A stretch of 64,000 bases of DNA, taken from NCBI GenBank assembly GCA_016788465.1, contig JAEURV010000186.1, positions 988 to 64,987 of the forward strand, in the 5' to 3' direction. Below the pieces are notes generated by a model. It worked only from the letters and a program-made list of their open reading frames with translations. It did not search any database and was not told where the DNA came from. The translations under genes were made by a program, and so were the position numbers. Origin of the DNA: Nitrospira sp. (lineage in GTDB: Bacteria > Nitrospirota > Nitrospiria > Nitrospirales > Nitrospiraceae). Every line of letters begins with the position of its first letter. Position 1 is the first letter of the stretch. Shown here one piece after another: positions 54,292 through 63,428 of the stretch.

Positions 54292-55497
54292 ATGAAGATC
54301 CTCTGTGTCTTCGGAGAGCATGCTTACGGCGATCCTTCGCGTGGAGAAGGGGTCGAACATGCGAATTTTCTTCCGGCGTTGCGGCGACTCGGGCATCACG
54401 TAACGTTCTTTGAATCGTTTTCCCGAAAACCGTACGAAAACTTTGCCGAGCTGAACCGTGCGTTGCTGAGACGGGTGGAGGAAACAGGACCTGACGTCGT
54501 TTTCTGTGTGCTGATGCAATACGAGGTGTGGATTGAAACCATCCAGCTGATCCGGAACAGTGGCGTCGCCATCCTCAACTGGTCGACCGATGACTCATGG
54601 AAGTATTCGATGTTTTCTAAGTTGATCGCTAGGGAGTTTGATCTCTTTGCGACCACATATCCGGAGTTGGTCGATCGATACCATCACGATGGGATCGGAA
54701 GCGTGTATGTATCCCAGTGGGCCGCGAATGCCGAAACACTTGTGCCACCGGTTTCTGCGCCTTCGTGCCGGTATCAGGTGAGCTTCGTCGGGGCGGCCTA
54801 TGGAAATCGCCCCGCTCTGATCGAAAAACTCCGTCGCGAAGGGATCACTGTCGCCTGTTTTGGTCACGGCTGGCCGGAAGGGCCGGTTGAGGCTACGCGG
54901 GTTGGCGAGATTGTCCGAGCATCTCAGGTGAGTTTGAATTTCAGCGAAGGGGCGCACGGGAACACTCAAGGCCTGTCCGGTCGACAGATCAAGGCCCGTG
55001 TCTTCGAAGTCCCTGGTTACGGAGGATGTCTCTTGACGGAGCAGGCTCCCAATTTGGAGCGATATTTTGATGTCGGTGAAGAAATACTGTCGTTCGAAGG
55101 AGAGGACGAATTGGTTCGAAAGGTCAAAACCCTTCTTGCCTGCCCCGATCGCCGGGACCATGTTGCGCAAAAAGGTTTTGAGCGGGTGCGACGCGAGCAC
55201 ACCTACGATCATCGTTTCGAGGCCATGCTGGAAGCGCTCACCACACGGGTGAAAAAGCAGTCCCGTTCGCCCATCGGGTGGCCTGTGTTTGAGGTCGCAG
55301 CCGATGGCCACCGTCTGGGTCCCGTGCTGACGATAATTCGATCCGCATTGATCGGGATGGCATCTCTCATCTGGGGTAGGCATCGGGGTCCACGAGCAGC
55401 CCGTCGCTTGGTTTTTGAACTGTCTTGGCGTCTTCGAGGCGCCTGGACCTATCGCGCGGCCGGGTGGCCCGGGCGACTCTTTTATCGAGAAAGCTGA
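54292..55497 (+). CDS. CgeB-like glycosyltransferase (Glyco_trans_1_2-type)
   Basis: MKILCVFGEHAYGDPSRG.., VSFVGAAYGNRPALIEKL and IKARVFEVPGYGGCLLTE. Confidence 0.7.
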   Translation: MKILCVFGEHAYGDPSRGEGVEHANFLPALRRLGHHVTFFESFSRKPYENFAELNRALLRRVEETGPDVVFCVLMQYEVWIETIQLIRNSGVAILNWSTDDSWKYSMFSKLIAREFDLFATTYPELVDRYHHDGIGSVYVSQWAANAETLVPPVSAPSCRYQVSFVGAAYGNRPALIEKLRREGITVACFGHGWPEGPVEATRVGEIVRASQVSLNFSEGAHGNTQGLSGRQIKARVFEVPGYGGCLLTEQAPNLERYFDVGEEILSFEGEDELVRKVKTLLACPDRRDHVAQKGFERVRREHTYDHRFEAMLEALTTRVKKQSRSPIGWPVFEVAADGHRLGPVLTIIRSALIGMASLIWGRHRGPRAARRLVFELSWRLRGAWTYRAAGWPGRLFYRES

Positions 55498-55499
55498 CG

Positions 55500-56375
55500 G
55501 TGCCGGATCCCCTGGTTTCAGTGGCCATGTCGGTGCATAACGGAGCGGGAACGGTCGCTGCGGCCATTCGCTCGATTCTCTGGCAGACGTTTCCTGATTG
55601 GGAACTGCTCCTCGTGAATGATGCATCAACGGACGAAACCGGTGACATCTGCCGTCGGTTCCAAGATTCGCGCATCCGTTTGATCGATGGATCCGAACAG
55701 AGAGGGTTGGCCGTGAGACTCAACCAGGCGGTCGACTCCGCAAGGGGCAAGTATATTGCTCGCATGGACGCCGACGATATTGCCTTTCCTGAGAGGTTTG
55801 CCAGACAAGTCAACTATCTCGAATCTCATCCCCTCGTGGACTTGGTAGGGCACGGAGCTGTCTTGTTCAAGCGCAATGGAGAGGTCGTCGGACTCTATCC
55901 AAGGGCGATCAGTCACGAAGACATTTGTCGGCGACCTTGGTGGGGGTTCCCACTTGCCCATCCGACGTGGATGGGTAAACGATCTTGGTTTCTGAATGAG
56001 CGATACGATGAACGGCTGATGAAGGGACAAGATCAGGAGCTACTTCTCCGAACCTATCGGAAGAGTCGATTCGCCTCCCTCCCGGAATGCTTGCTGGGAT
56101 ATCGGATAGAAAACATATCCATCCAGAAATCGACGAGGGGGCGTGTGGCCTACTGCCGTCGGCTTCTGGCTGAGATAGGCAATCTCTCTTCGTTGATCCA
56201 TGCGGTGAGGGGTATTGGGATCCATAGTCTCGCGCTCGCCAGAGATTTCGTATTCGACCTGGCCGACACAGTCGGGGAAAAATCCCGCCGGTCGTATCTT
56301 TCCGCAGATCAGTCGGTCCGGGCAGAGTGGGACGCAATTTGGCGCCGCTCAGTATCCGAACAAGCGGGTTCATGA
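55500..56375 (+). CDS. Glycosyltransferase family 2
   Basis: PLVSVAMSVHNGAGTVAAAIRSILWQTFPDWELLLVNDASTDET and RMDADD (DxD). The start is uncertain: GTG 55500 just after the upstream stop, or ATG 55425 with a 73-nt overlap. Confidence 0.75.
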   Translation: MPDPLVSVAMSVHNGAGTVAAAIRSILWQTFPDWELLLVNDASTDETGDICRRFQDSRIRLIDGSEQRGLAVRLNQAVDSARGKYIARMDADDIAFPERFARQVNYLESHPLVDLVGHGAVLFKRNGEVVGLYPRAISHEDICRRPWWGFPLAHPTWMGKRSWFLNERYDERLMKGQDQELLLRTYRKSRFASLPECLLGYRIENISIQKSTRGRVAYCRRLLAEIGNLSSLIHAVRGIGIHSLALARDFVFDLADTVGEKSRRSYLSADQSVRAEWDAIWRRSVSEQAGS

Positions 56376-56415
56376 CGTAGTCAGCCGTTCTTTCTCTTGA
56401 TATCCGTATATCACG

Positions 56416-58380
56416 ATGTGTGGACTTGCCGGTGTCTTCAAATACAAGAAATCGGATCTCAGTCGGGTCGTGTCCGAGATGATTGGGGCGATTCGTTACC
56501 GGGGACCGGATGATTCGGGTGTGTGGTGTGAGCCGTTCGTCGGCCTTGGTATCGGGCACACCCGATTGTCGATTCTAGACCTGTCCCCTGCCGGTCATCA
56601 GCCGATGGCTTCGACGTCCGGTCGATATGTGCTTGCGTTCAACGGTGAAATTTACAACCACCTGGACCTGCGTGTGCAGCTCTCAAATGGATCATGGCGT
56701 GGTCACTCGGACACGGAGACACTTCTGACCGCCTTCGAGACGTGGGGGGTCGAAAAAACTCTTCAGTCCAGTGTCGGGATGTTTGCCTTGGCCTTATGGG
56801 ATCGGGTTGAGCAACGGTTGATCTTGGCTCGTGACCGGGTCGGGGAGAAGCCGCTGTATTACGGATGGTGCCAAGGAACTTTTCTGTTTGGCTCGGAACT
56901 GAAGTCGCTGGAAGTTCACTCGAGTGCAAGTTTTGAAATCGATCGAGACGCGTTGGCCTGTTACATGCGCTATGCTTATGTGCCTGCACCGTACTCGATT
57001 TATGTCGGCATACGGAAACTCCTGCCCGGAACCTACCTCAGCATCTCGCCTGCCGATTCAGCCGGGCATTGGCCGCACCCTCAAACGTATTGGTCTGCAG
57101 CGGCGGTTGCCGCACCGGACAGCATGGATCACTGGAACGATGAGACCGCCGTCGAGGAGCTGAGCCGGCTCTTGAGTACAGCAATCAAGGGGCAGATGGT
57201 TGCGGATGTGCCGCTTGGCGCATTCCTCTCGGGCGGTATCGATTCATCCACGATCGTGGCGCTGATGCAGGCGCAGTCAAGCAGGCCGGTCAAAACGTTT
57301 TCAGTCGGGTTTGCTGAAGGTGACTACGACGAGGCGAAATATGCGAGAGAGGTTGCGACGCATCTCGGTACCGATCATACCGAGTTGTATGTCACACCGG
57401 GCGATGCGCTGGCCGTTATTCCGCAGTTGCCGGCCATCTATGATGAGCCGTTCGGCGACTCGTCGGGCATTCCCACACACCTGGTGGCGAAATTGGCGCG
57501 CCGGCAGGTCGCCGTGTCGCTGTCCGGCGACGGCGGTGATGAACTGTTCGGAGGCTACAACCGTTATTTTTGGGCGCGATCCATCTGGGATCGGATCGGG
57601 ACGGTACCGGTGGGGATACGCCGGTTGATAGGGCGTGTGCTGACCCTCTACCCGCCTGAGTGGTGGAATCAAGCAGGACTGGCGATGCGGACCCTATTGC
57701 CGAGCCGTTTCCGGATGTCAGCAGTAGGCGATAAAATCCACAAGCTGGCCGAAGTGATTGATGTCGCCAGTCCGGAGGATCTCTATCGGCGTCTGGTATC
57801 TCAGCACCGAGATCCCATGGCATTGGTCATCGGCGCAGAAGAACGTCCGATCTGGGCGGATGAGCAGGCTGCAAGGTTGAAGCGGCAAGACTTCAGCGAG
57901 AACATGATGTTTCACGATCTTGTCGGCTATCTTACGGATGATATTCTGACCAAAGTGGATCGTGCGGCGATGGCGGTGAGCTTGGAAACACGAATTCCGT
58001 TTCTCGACCATCGTCTCGTGGAGTTCGCCTGGAGGCTGCCCCTGCATCTGAAAATTCGCAACGGACAAGGGAAATGGCTCGTGCGGCAGGTGCTGGACCG
58101 GTATGTGCCGCGTGTATTGATCGATCGCCCGAAGATGGGATTTGGGATTCCGCTCGATTCATGGCTGCGAGGTCCTTTGCGTGATTGGGCGGAAGAGTTG
58201 CTGGGTGAGCACCGTCTTCATCAGGAAGGGTATGTCTCTCCGACAGTGGTTCGGCGCAAATGGGAGGAGCATTTGTCGGGCCAGCGGAACTGGCAATACT
58301 GGCTGTGGAATGTGCTGATGTTTCAAGCCTGGTTAAGGAATCATGACCGGTCGCCCGCGGCTGCTGTATCTGATTACTGA
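56416..58380 (+). CDS. Asparagine synthase (glutamine-hydrolysing) paralog / amidotransferase
   Basis: 654 aa. N-terminal nucleophile MCGLAGVF, with GAFLSGGIDSS and SGDGGDELFGGY (PP-loop ATP pyrophosphatase domain). Confidence 0.9.
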   Translation: MCGLAGVFKYKKSDLSRVVSEMIGAIRYRGPDDSGVWCEPFVGLGIGHTRLSILDLSPAGHQPMASTSGRYVLAFNGEIYNHLDLRVQLSNGSWRGHSDTETLLTAFETWGVEKTLQSSVGMFALALWDRVEQRLILARDRVGEKPLYYGWCQGTFLFGSELKSLEVHSSASFEIDRDALACYMRYAYVPAPYSIYVGIRKLLPGTYLSISPADSAGHWPHPQTYWSAAAVAAPDSMDHWNDETAVEELSRLLSTAIKGQMVADVPLGAFLSGGIDSSTIVALMQAQSSRPVKTFSVGFAEGDYDEAKYAREVATHLGTDHTELYVTPGDALAVIPQLPAIYDEPFGDSSGIPTHLVAKLARRQVAVSLSGDGGDELFGGYNRYFWARSIWDRIGTVPVGIRRLIGRVLTLYPPEWWNQAGLAMRTLLPSRFRMSAVGDKIHKLAEVIDVASPEDLYRRLVSQHRDPMALVIGAEERPIWADEQAARLKRQDFSENMMFHDLVGYLTDDILTKVDRAAMAVSLETRIPFLDHRLVEFAWRLPLHLKIRNGQGKWLVRQVLDRYVPRVLIDRPKMGFGIPLDSWLRGPLRDWAEELLGEHRLHQEGYVSPTVVRRKWEEHLSGQRNWQYWLWNVLMFQAWLRNHDRSPAAAVSDY

Positions 58381-59509
58381 AGACTGGTATTTCTGGTCTC
58401 ACCGTCTGGATCTGGCTCGTGCTGCCCGAGACGCAGGGTTCGACGTGACGATCGCCACCCGCGTGACGGATCATGGAAAACAGATTCAGGAAGAAGGATT
58501 TCACTTGGTCCCGATCGCACTGTTTCGACGGAGTCGCAACCCCCTTCGAGAGTTGCGTGCCATCGCGGAATTAGTCGGTATTTATCGGCAGGTTCGCCCG
58601 CATCTGGTTCATCATGTGGCGATGAAACCCATTCTCTACGGATCACTGGCGGCGTGGGTAGTCCGGGTGCCGGCGATTCTCAACGCGTTTGCTGGGCTTG
58701 GGTATCTGTTTGCAAATTCTGAGCGACAACGAGGAGGGCTGCATTGGGCCCTGACCTCGGCGTTACGGTCGGTCATTGGATGGAGTGGATCGACGGTGCT
58801 ATTCCAGAATGAGGCCGATCGCGATGAGTTGGTTCGGGCAGGTCTTGTCCGATCGTCGCACACACGGATCATCGCTGGGTCAGGGATCGATGTCATGGCC
58901 TTCTCGGTGAAACCCACTCCTCAGGGAACTCCGCTCGTCGTGTTACCGTCGAGGATGCTCTGGGACAAAGGTATTGGAGAGTTTGTTCAGGCGGCCCGCG
59001 ATCTCAAGAAGAAGGGAGCGGATGCCCGGTTTGTGCTCGTCGGTCGTTGTGACGAAGATAATCCGGCCGCCATAGGCCGGGAACAATTGGCTCGATGGGT
59101 TGGTGAGGGAACCGTCGAGTGGTGGGGGCATCGGGACGACATGGCGGCTGTTTATGAAGGTGCGACACTGGTCGTGCTGCCTTCCTATCGGGAAGGCTTG
59201 CCGAAAGTGCTTCTTGAGGCAGCAGCCTGTGGAAAAGCGATCGTTGCAACGGATGTTCCAGGTTGTCGAGATGTCGTGAAGGATGGGATCAACGGCGTTC
59301 TTGTCCCGCCGCGCGATTCATCCACCCTTGCCAGGGGTATTGCCAATCTACTGTCGGACCGACAGACGCGTGAGGCGATGGGAGTCAGGAGCCGTGAGAT
59401 AGCCGTGGCCGAGTGGGCTGGTCCCAGGATCAGTGAGCAAGTGCTTGGCTTATACCATGAGTTGTTGAATGCATCCTCTGTGATAAATCGTTCTCCCAGG
59501 TACGCGTGA
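58343..59509 (+). CDS. Glycosyltransferase family 4 (GT-B)
   Basis: RLLYLITEDWYFWSHRLDLARAA and PSYREGLPKVLLEAAACGKAIVATDVPGCRDVVKDGINGVLV (E-x7-E region). Confidence 0.85.
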   Translation: MTGRPRLLYLITEDWYFWSHRLDLARAARDAGFDVTIATRVTDHGKQIQEEGFHLVPIALFRRSRNPLRELRAIAELVGIYRQVRPHLVHHVAMKPILYGSLAAWVVRVPAILNAFAGLGYLFANSERQRGGLHWALTSALRSVIGWSGSTVLFQNEADRDELVRAGLVRSSHTRIIAGSGIDVMAFSVKPTPQGTPLVVLPSRMLWDKGIGEFVQAARDLKKKGADARFVLVGRCDEDNPAAIGREQLARWVGEGTVEWWGHRDDMAAVYEGATLVVLPSYREGLPKVLLEAAACGKAIVATDVPGCRDVVKDGINGVLVPPRDSSTLARGIANLLSDRQTREAMGVRSREIAVAEWAGPRISEQVLGLYHELLNASSVINRSPRYA

Positions 59510-60504
59510 TCAGAGTCTTGGTGACTGGAGCGGGAGGATTTTTAGGAACGGCTCTCATTCCGGAACTTGTCCGGGCCGGATTCAGGGTGCGGGCGTTCCT
59601 ACGAGGGAGGCCTGCAACTCCCTCCTTTCAGCCCGAGGTTGAGGCCGTTGTGGGTGATCTGTGCGATGAACAGCGGGTGAAGGAGGCCATGGTTGATTGT
59701 GATGCCGTGGTGCACCTGGCGGCCAAGGTCCATGCGATGGATGATCATGGTCATGAGCGGGAGTACGATGCAGTGAATGTACAAGGGACCAGGCATGTGT
59801 TGGATGCGGCTGTAGCCTCGGGAGCGACCCGTGTAGTGTTCGTCAGTTCGACCAAGGTATTTGGTGAAGAGACTCAAGGGTGTGTCGACGAAACCTGTTC
59901 CCCCTGTCCTCAAACCCCCTACGGGTGGTCCAAGTGGAAAGCGGAACAGCTAGTCTCCGAATACGCGAAACGCGGTGATGTGACCGCCGTATCGCTCCGT
60001 TTGCCGATGGTGTACGGCCAGACTACGAAAGGCAATCTGTTTCGGATGATTGCGGCAATAGACGTCGGATATTTCCCTCCATTGCCACCACTTCCGGCCT
60101 TCAGGAGTCTTCTGCACATCGACAACTGTGTACAGGCGGTGCGACGGTGTCTGCAGGTTCCTCGGTTTGATCGTGCTGCGTACATTGTGACGGATGCCGA
60201 CCCCTATTCGGTGACCGATCTCTATGATGGCATAAGGATTGGATTAGGCAAAGGTCTCCCGGGCTGGCGGATACCGCTGTGGGCTCTCAAGGGTGGTGCG
60301 CGATGCGGGGATGTGTTACAGGCTGTGACCAGGCGGCGTGCGCCGTTGACGACGGAGCATCTGATGAAGTTGATCGGGAGTGCCTGGTACAGTCCGGCTG
60401 CACTTATCCGTGACGTAGGGTATCGGCCGCTGTATTCATTCGAGAAAACCGTTCCCGAGTTGATTGCGTTTTATCGGCGATCGATGAGTGCGGACTCGTG
60501 TTAG
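59506..60504 (+). CDS. NAD-dependent epimerase/dehydratase (extended SDR, WbpK/GalE-like)
   Basis: GTG start. VLVTGAGGFLGTAL and catalytic YGWSK (YxxxK). Confidence 0.85.
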   Translation: MIRVLVTGAGGFLGTALIPELVRAGFRVRAFLRGRPATPSFQPEVEAVVGDLCDEQRVKEAMVDCDAVVHLAAKVHAMDDHGHEREYDAVNVQGTRHVLDAAVASGATRVVFVSSTKVFGEETQGCVDETCSPCPQTPYGWSKWKAEQLVSEYAKRGDVTAVSLRLPMVYGQTTKGNLFRMIAAIDVGYFPPLPPLPAFRSLLHIDNCVQAVRRCLQVPRFDRAAYIVTDADPYSVTDLYDGIRIGLGKGLPGWRIPLWALKGGARCGDVLQAVTRRRAPLTTEHLMKLIGSAWYSPAALIRDVGYRPLYSFEKTVPELIAFYRRSMSADSC

Positions 60505-60697
60505 TCCTGCTCAGATCGCTACTGGTATCATCGGATGTATCGGAAGTTCCTTGTGCCATTTCTAAAGATGGCTGATAATGGCCCCATCACTTTTACGTAT
60601 CACTAATTGGTCCGGCTCGATGGCGCTGTGGTAGAGCCGCATCGGCGTTACCCATCATGTTGAGTCGTCTGAACTGGATGACGGTGCACCTATACCC

Positions 60698-61852
60698 ATG
60701 ATGATGTTTGTCCTTCCTGCGCTTTTGGCTTTTGTGTCTGCCTGGTGGCTCACTAAGAACTTGTGCTCGCCGAACTCATTTCTCTCCATTCTCGCTCATC
60801 CCAACGAACGGACATTGCATGAGAGGCCAACTCCACAGACCGGAGGGTTGGCCGTCGTCGGCAGTGTCGTGATCAGTCTTATCCTAGCCGCGAGTATTTT
60901 GGCCATCACTCAACCAGCGAAACCGGTGTTGCCGAAGGGAATGGCGTCCGGGAGTGTGTGGATCGTGATCTCTATGCTCCTCATCTTTGTCGTGTCCTTC
61001 ATCGATGATTGGGTTGGGCTTCCCGCTGTTCTGCGGCTGGGTGTCCAAGCCGGCTCTGCCTGCATCATTGTCGGAGGGGTCGGGTTGACATTGTCTTCTA
61101 TTCCAATACCAGGGGGACCAACCATCTCATTGGGGATTGTTGCCGTTCCCATCAGTGTCTTTGTCCTACTGTGGATGGCGAATCTTTATAACTTTATGGA
61201 TGGGATGGACGGCTTTGCCGGTGGAATGACGTTTTTTGGGTTCGGCTTTCTTGCGTATTTCGGGTGGCAGGCACAGTTTCCGATCATGCTCATTATCACG
61301 GTATTTGTGGCGATGAGTGCGTTGGGGTTTCTGCTCCATAATTTTCCGCCGGCGCGCATTTTTATGGGGGATGCGGGGAGTATCACCCTCGGGTTCTTGG
61401 CAGGGACCTTGATGATTCTTGGGGTTCGCGAGCGAGTGTTCGAGATATGGGTGCCGATCATGATCTTCTCTCCATTTATTGTGGATGCGACGGTGACATT
61501 GACCCGTCGGCTGTTACGCCGAAGGAAGATCTGGGAAGCGCATCGGGAACACTATTACCAACGTGTGGTGCTGAGCGGATGGAGTCATCGTCGGACCGTC
61601 CTCTCAGAATATGCAATCATGATTCTGTGTGGGGGATTGGCCCTGTGGTATCACCACTCAACGGAGAGTCTCCGACCGTTCATTCTTGGAGCATGGATGA
61701 TCTTGTTTGTTTTTCTTGGGGTGTTCGTGTCGAGGCTGGAGCGGAGGGTAAGGCGTAGGTCTCCTGTTCCGGGCCAGACTGTGAGAGAGGGGAAGAAAAA
61801 GATGCAAGCTGTTTCTGCTGAAGACTCTTCAAGGGTACCAGTCAAGGCATAA
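60698..61852 (+). CDS. Polyprenyl-phosphate HexNAc-1-phosphate transferase (WecA/WbpL/MraY family), initiating enzyme
   Basis: 384 aa, about 10-11 TM helices, ANLYNFMDGMDGFAGG and FPPARIFMGDAGS motifs. Confidence 0.88.
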   Translation: MMMFVLPALLAFVSAWWLTKNLCSPNSFLSILAHPNERTLHERPTPQTGGLAVVGSVVISLILAASILAITQPAKPVLPKGMASGSVWIVISMLLIFVVSFIDDWVGLPAVLRLGVQAGSACIIVGGVGLTLSSIPIPGGPTISLGIVAVPISVFVLLWMANLYNFMDGMDGFAGGMTFFGFGFLAYFGWQAQFPIMLIITVFVAMSALGFLLHNFPPARIFMGDAGSITLGFLAGTLMILGVRERVFEIWVPIMIFSPFIVDATVTLTRRLLRRRKIWEAHREHYYQRVVLSGWSHRRTVLSEYAIMILCGGLALWYHHSTESLRPFILGAWMILFVFLGVFVSRLERRVRRRSPVPGQTVREGKKKMQAVSAEDSSRVPVKA

Positions 61853-62201
61853 CGTTCACGGCCTCGACATGTCCTATCTTGATCACTGGACGGGGGAGCG
61901 CTTGTGCTTTACGGTTCAGCAACGCAATGCAGGATGCCTCTCTTGTCGTAGCGATTCTCAACTCGAGGAACTGTTTCAGGAAAGTATCGACGAGTTGTGT
62001 GAGGTCGCGTTTGGTCTGACCGATACCACGAAGTGGGCTAGTGCTCGTGGTGAACCTGTCGAACGGTAGCACCGCACCACAAGTTGTTGCCGACATCGCA
62101 GCGCATCGAGAGGGAGTTCAAAGCTTCTGGTCTGTGGGCATGGTCATCGAAGACCTTATTCCTTCCTTTTCCAAGTCTCCGATCTCTTTTGCAGATACAC
62201 G

Positions 62202-63428
62202 ATGAGTGTGAAGCTCGAACGGTTACAATTTGAAGCGAGGCGGGCAGCAGGTTGGACGACAACCGCACTTGGCTTCACCATTCCGATTTGGGTTGTGGCG
62301 GACAGTATTCTTGTCGGGCTGCTCATCGTATGCTGGGCTGTTTGCGGCGAATGGCGCGAGAAAATTCGCCGGATTACCAGGAATCCTGTGGCCGTAAGCG
62401 CTATCCTATTGTTCGTCTGGTTGTTGCTTGGAACCTTGTGGGGAGATGGGGATTTGGAAGAACGTGCCGCGTGGGTCAAGAAATACGCCAGTCTTTTGTT
62501 CATCCCCTTGTTGATTTCCCTATCGGTTGACGATCGAGAACGAAAACGTGCACTCCTCGCGCTTGCGCTGTCACTGGTTGTCACGCTGATATTGTCTGTT
62601 GTTTTGAGTGCCGGGTTGCTTCCACCGAAAGAAGGCCTTACGTGCGATTCAGATAACCCATGCGTATTCAAGAAGCATACGACGCATGGTCTACTGATGG
62701 GGTTCGGTGCCTTATTGTTTGGTGTATTGGCTTGGAAGGCCTCAGAACGCTGGAAGCGATGGGGTTGGGCGGTGGCTTCATGCCTGGCCGCAAGCAATGT
62801 CTTATTAATGGTGCAGGGCCGCACAGGATATGTCGTGTTGGCCGGATTGGCCATGGTGGCCTTCCATAGCTATTTGGGGTGGCGAGGCATGCTGGCAGCA
62901 ACCATTGCCCTTAGTGTGATGTTTACGATGGCGTATTATGCCTCGACCGCTTTTCACGATAGGATTGATCTTGTTGCAACCGGTGTGGCGCGGTGGAATC
63001 CTCAGATGGCCACGTACGACGGGGTGACCGAGCGAATGGAATTTTTTTATCACACGGCCGAGATCATCCAAGACCATCCGTTGACGGGTGTCGGTACTGG
63101 GGGGTTTGCGAAGGCCTACGCGGTACAAGTCCGAGACCTTGGTTTACCCGTCCCAACTCATCCTCATAACCAGTATCTCCTGGTCATGGCACAAGTCGGC
63201 GTGGTTGGAATCTGCCTGCTGCTTTGGCTGTTTGTGCAACAATGGCGATCAACATCCGTTTCCGTCGATGCGGCCGATGCACTGCTTGCCAGAGGGGTGG
63301 TGGTCACCATTGCGATCAGCTGTCTGTTCCAACCTGCGCTTACCGATCATACCGAGAAGCTGTTCTACTGTTTATTTTCCGGTCTCATGTTTTCCGGCAT
63401 GAATCCACCAGTTGAGACGAAGATATGA
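62202..63428 (+). CDS. O-antigen ligase family protein (Wzy_C domain, WaaL-like)
   Basis: 408 aa, polytopic. The periplasmic-loop motif is GTGGFAKAY...THPHNQYLLVMAQVGVVG. Confidence 0.8.
   Translation: MSVKLERLQFEARRAAGWTTTALGFTIPIWVVADSILVGLLIVCWAVCGEWREKIRRITRNPVAVSAILLFVWLLLGTLWGDGDLEERAAWVKKYASLLFIPLLISLSVDDRERKRALLALALSLVVTLILSVVLSAGLLPPKEGLTCDSDNPCVFKKHTTHGLLMGFGALLFGVLAWKASERWKRWGWAVASCLAASNVLLMVQGRTGYVVLAGLAMVAFHSYLGWRGMLAATIALSVMFTMAYYASTAFHDRIDLVATGVARWNPQMATYDGVTERMEFFYHTAEIIQDHPLTGVGTGGFAKAYAVQVRDLGLPVPTHPHNQYLLVMAQVGVVGICLLLWLFVQQWRSTSVSVDAADALLARGVVVTIAISCLFQPALTDHTEKLFYCLFSGLMFSGMNPPVETKI

Noticed and set aside
54595-55629. Long antisense ORFs: 54595..55629 (344 aa), 17937..18680 (247 aa), 10160..10909 (249 aa), 13329..14009 and 13622..14212, 45925..46572, 55909..56559, 62156..62854, 9101..9631, 21477..22052, 12538..13089, and many shorter ones.
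   Set aside because: Each lies opposite a plus-strand gene with clear family motifs. Their translations are Arg/Pro/Ser/Gly-rich low-complexity strings, as expected for stop-poor antisense frames in GC-rich DNA. None shows a recognisable motif.
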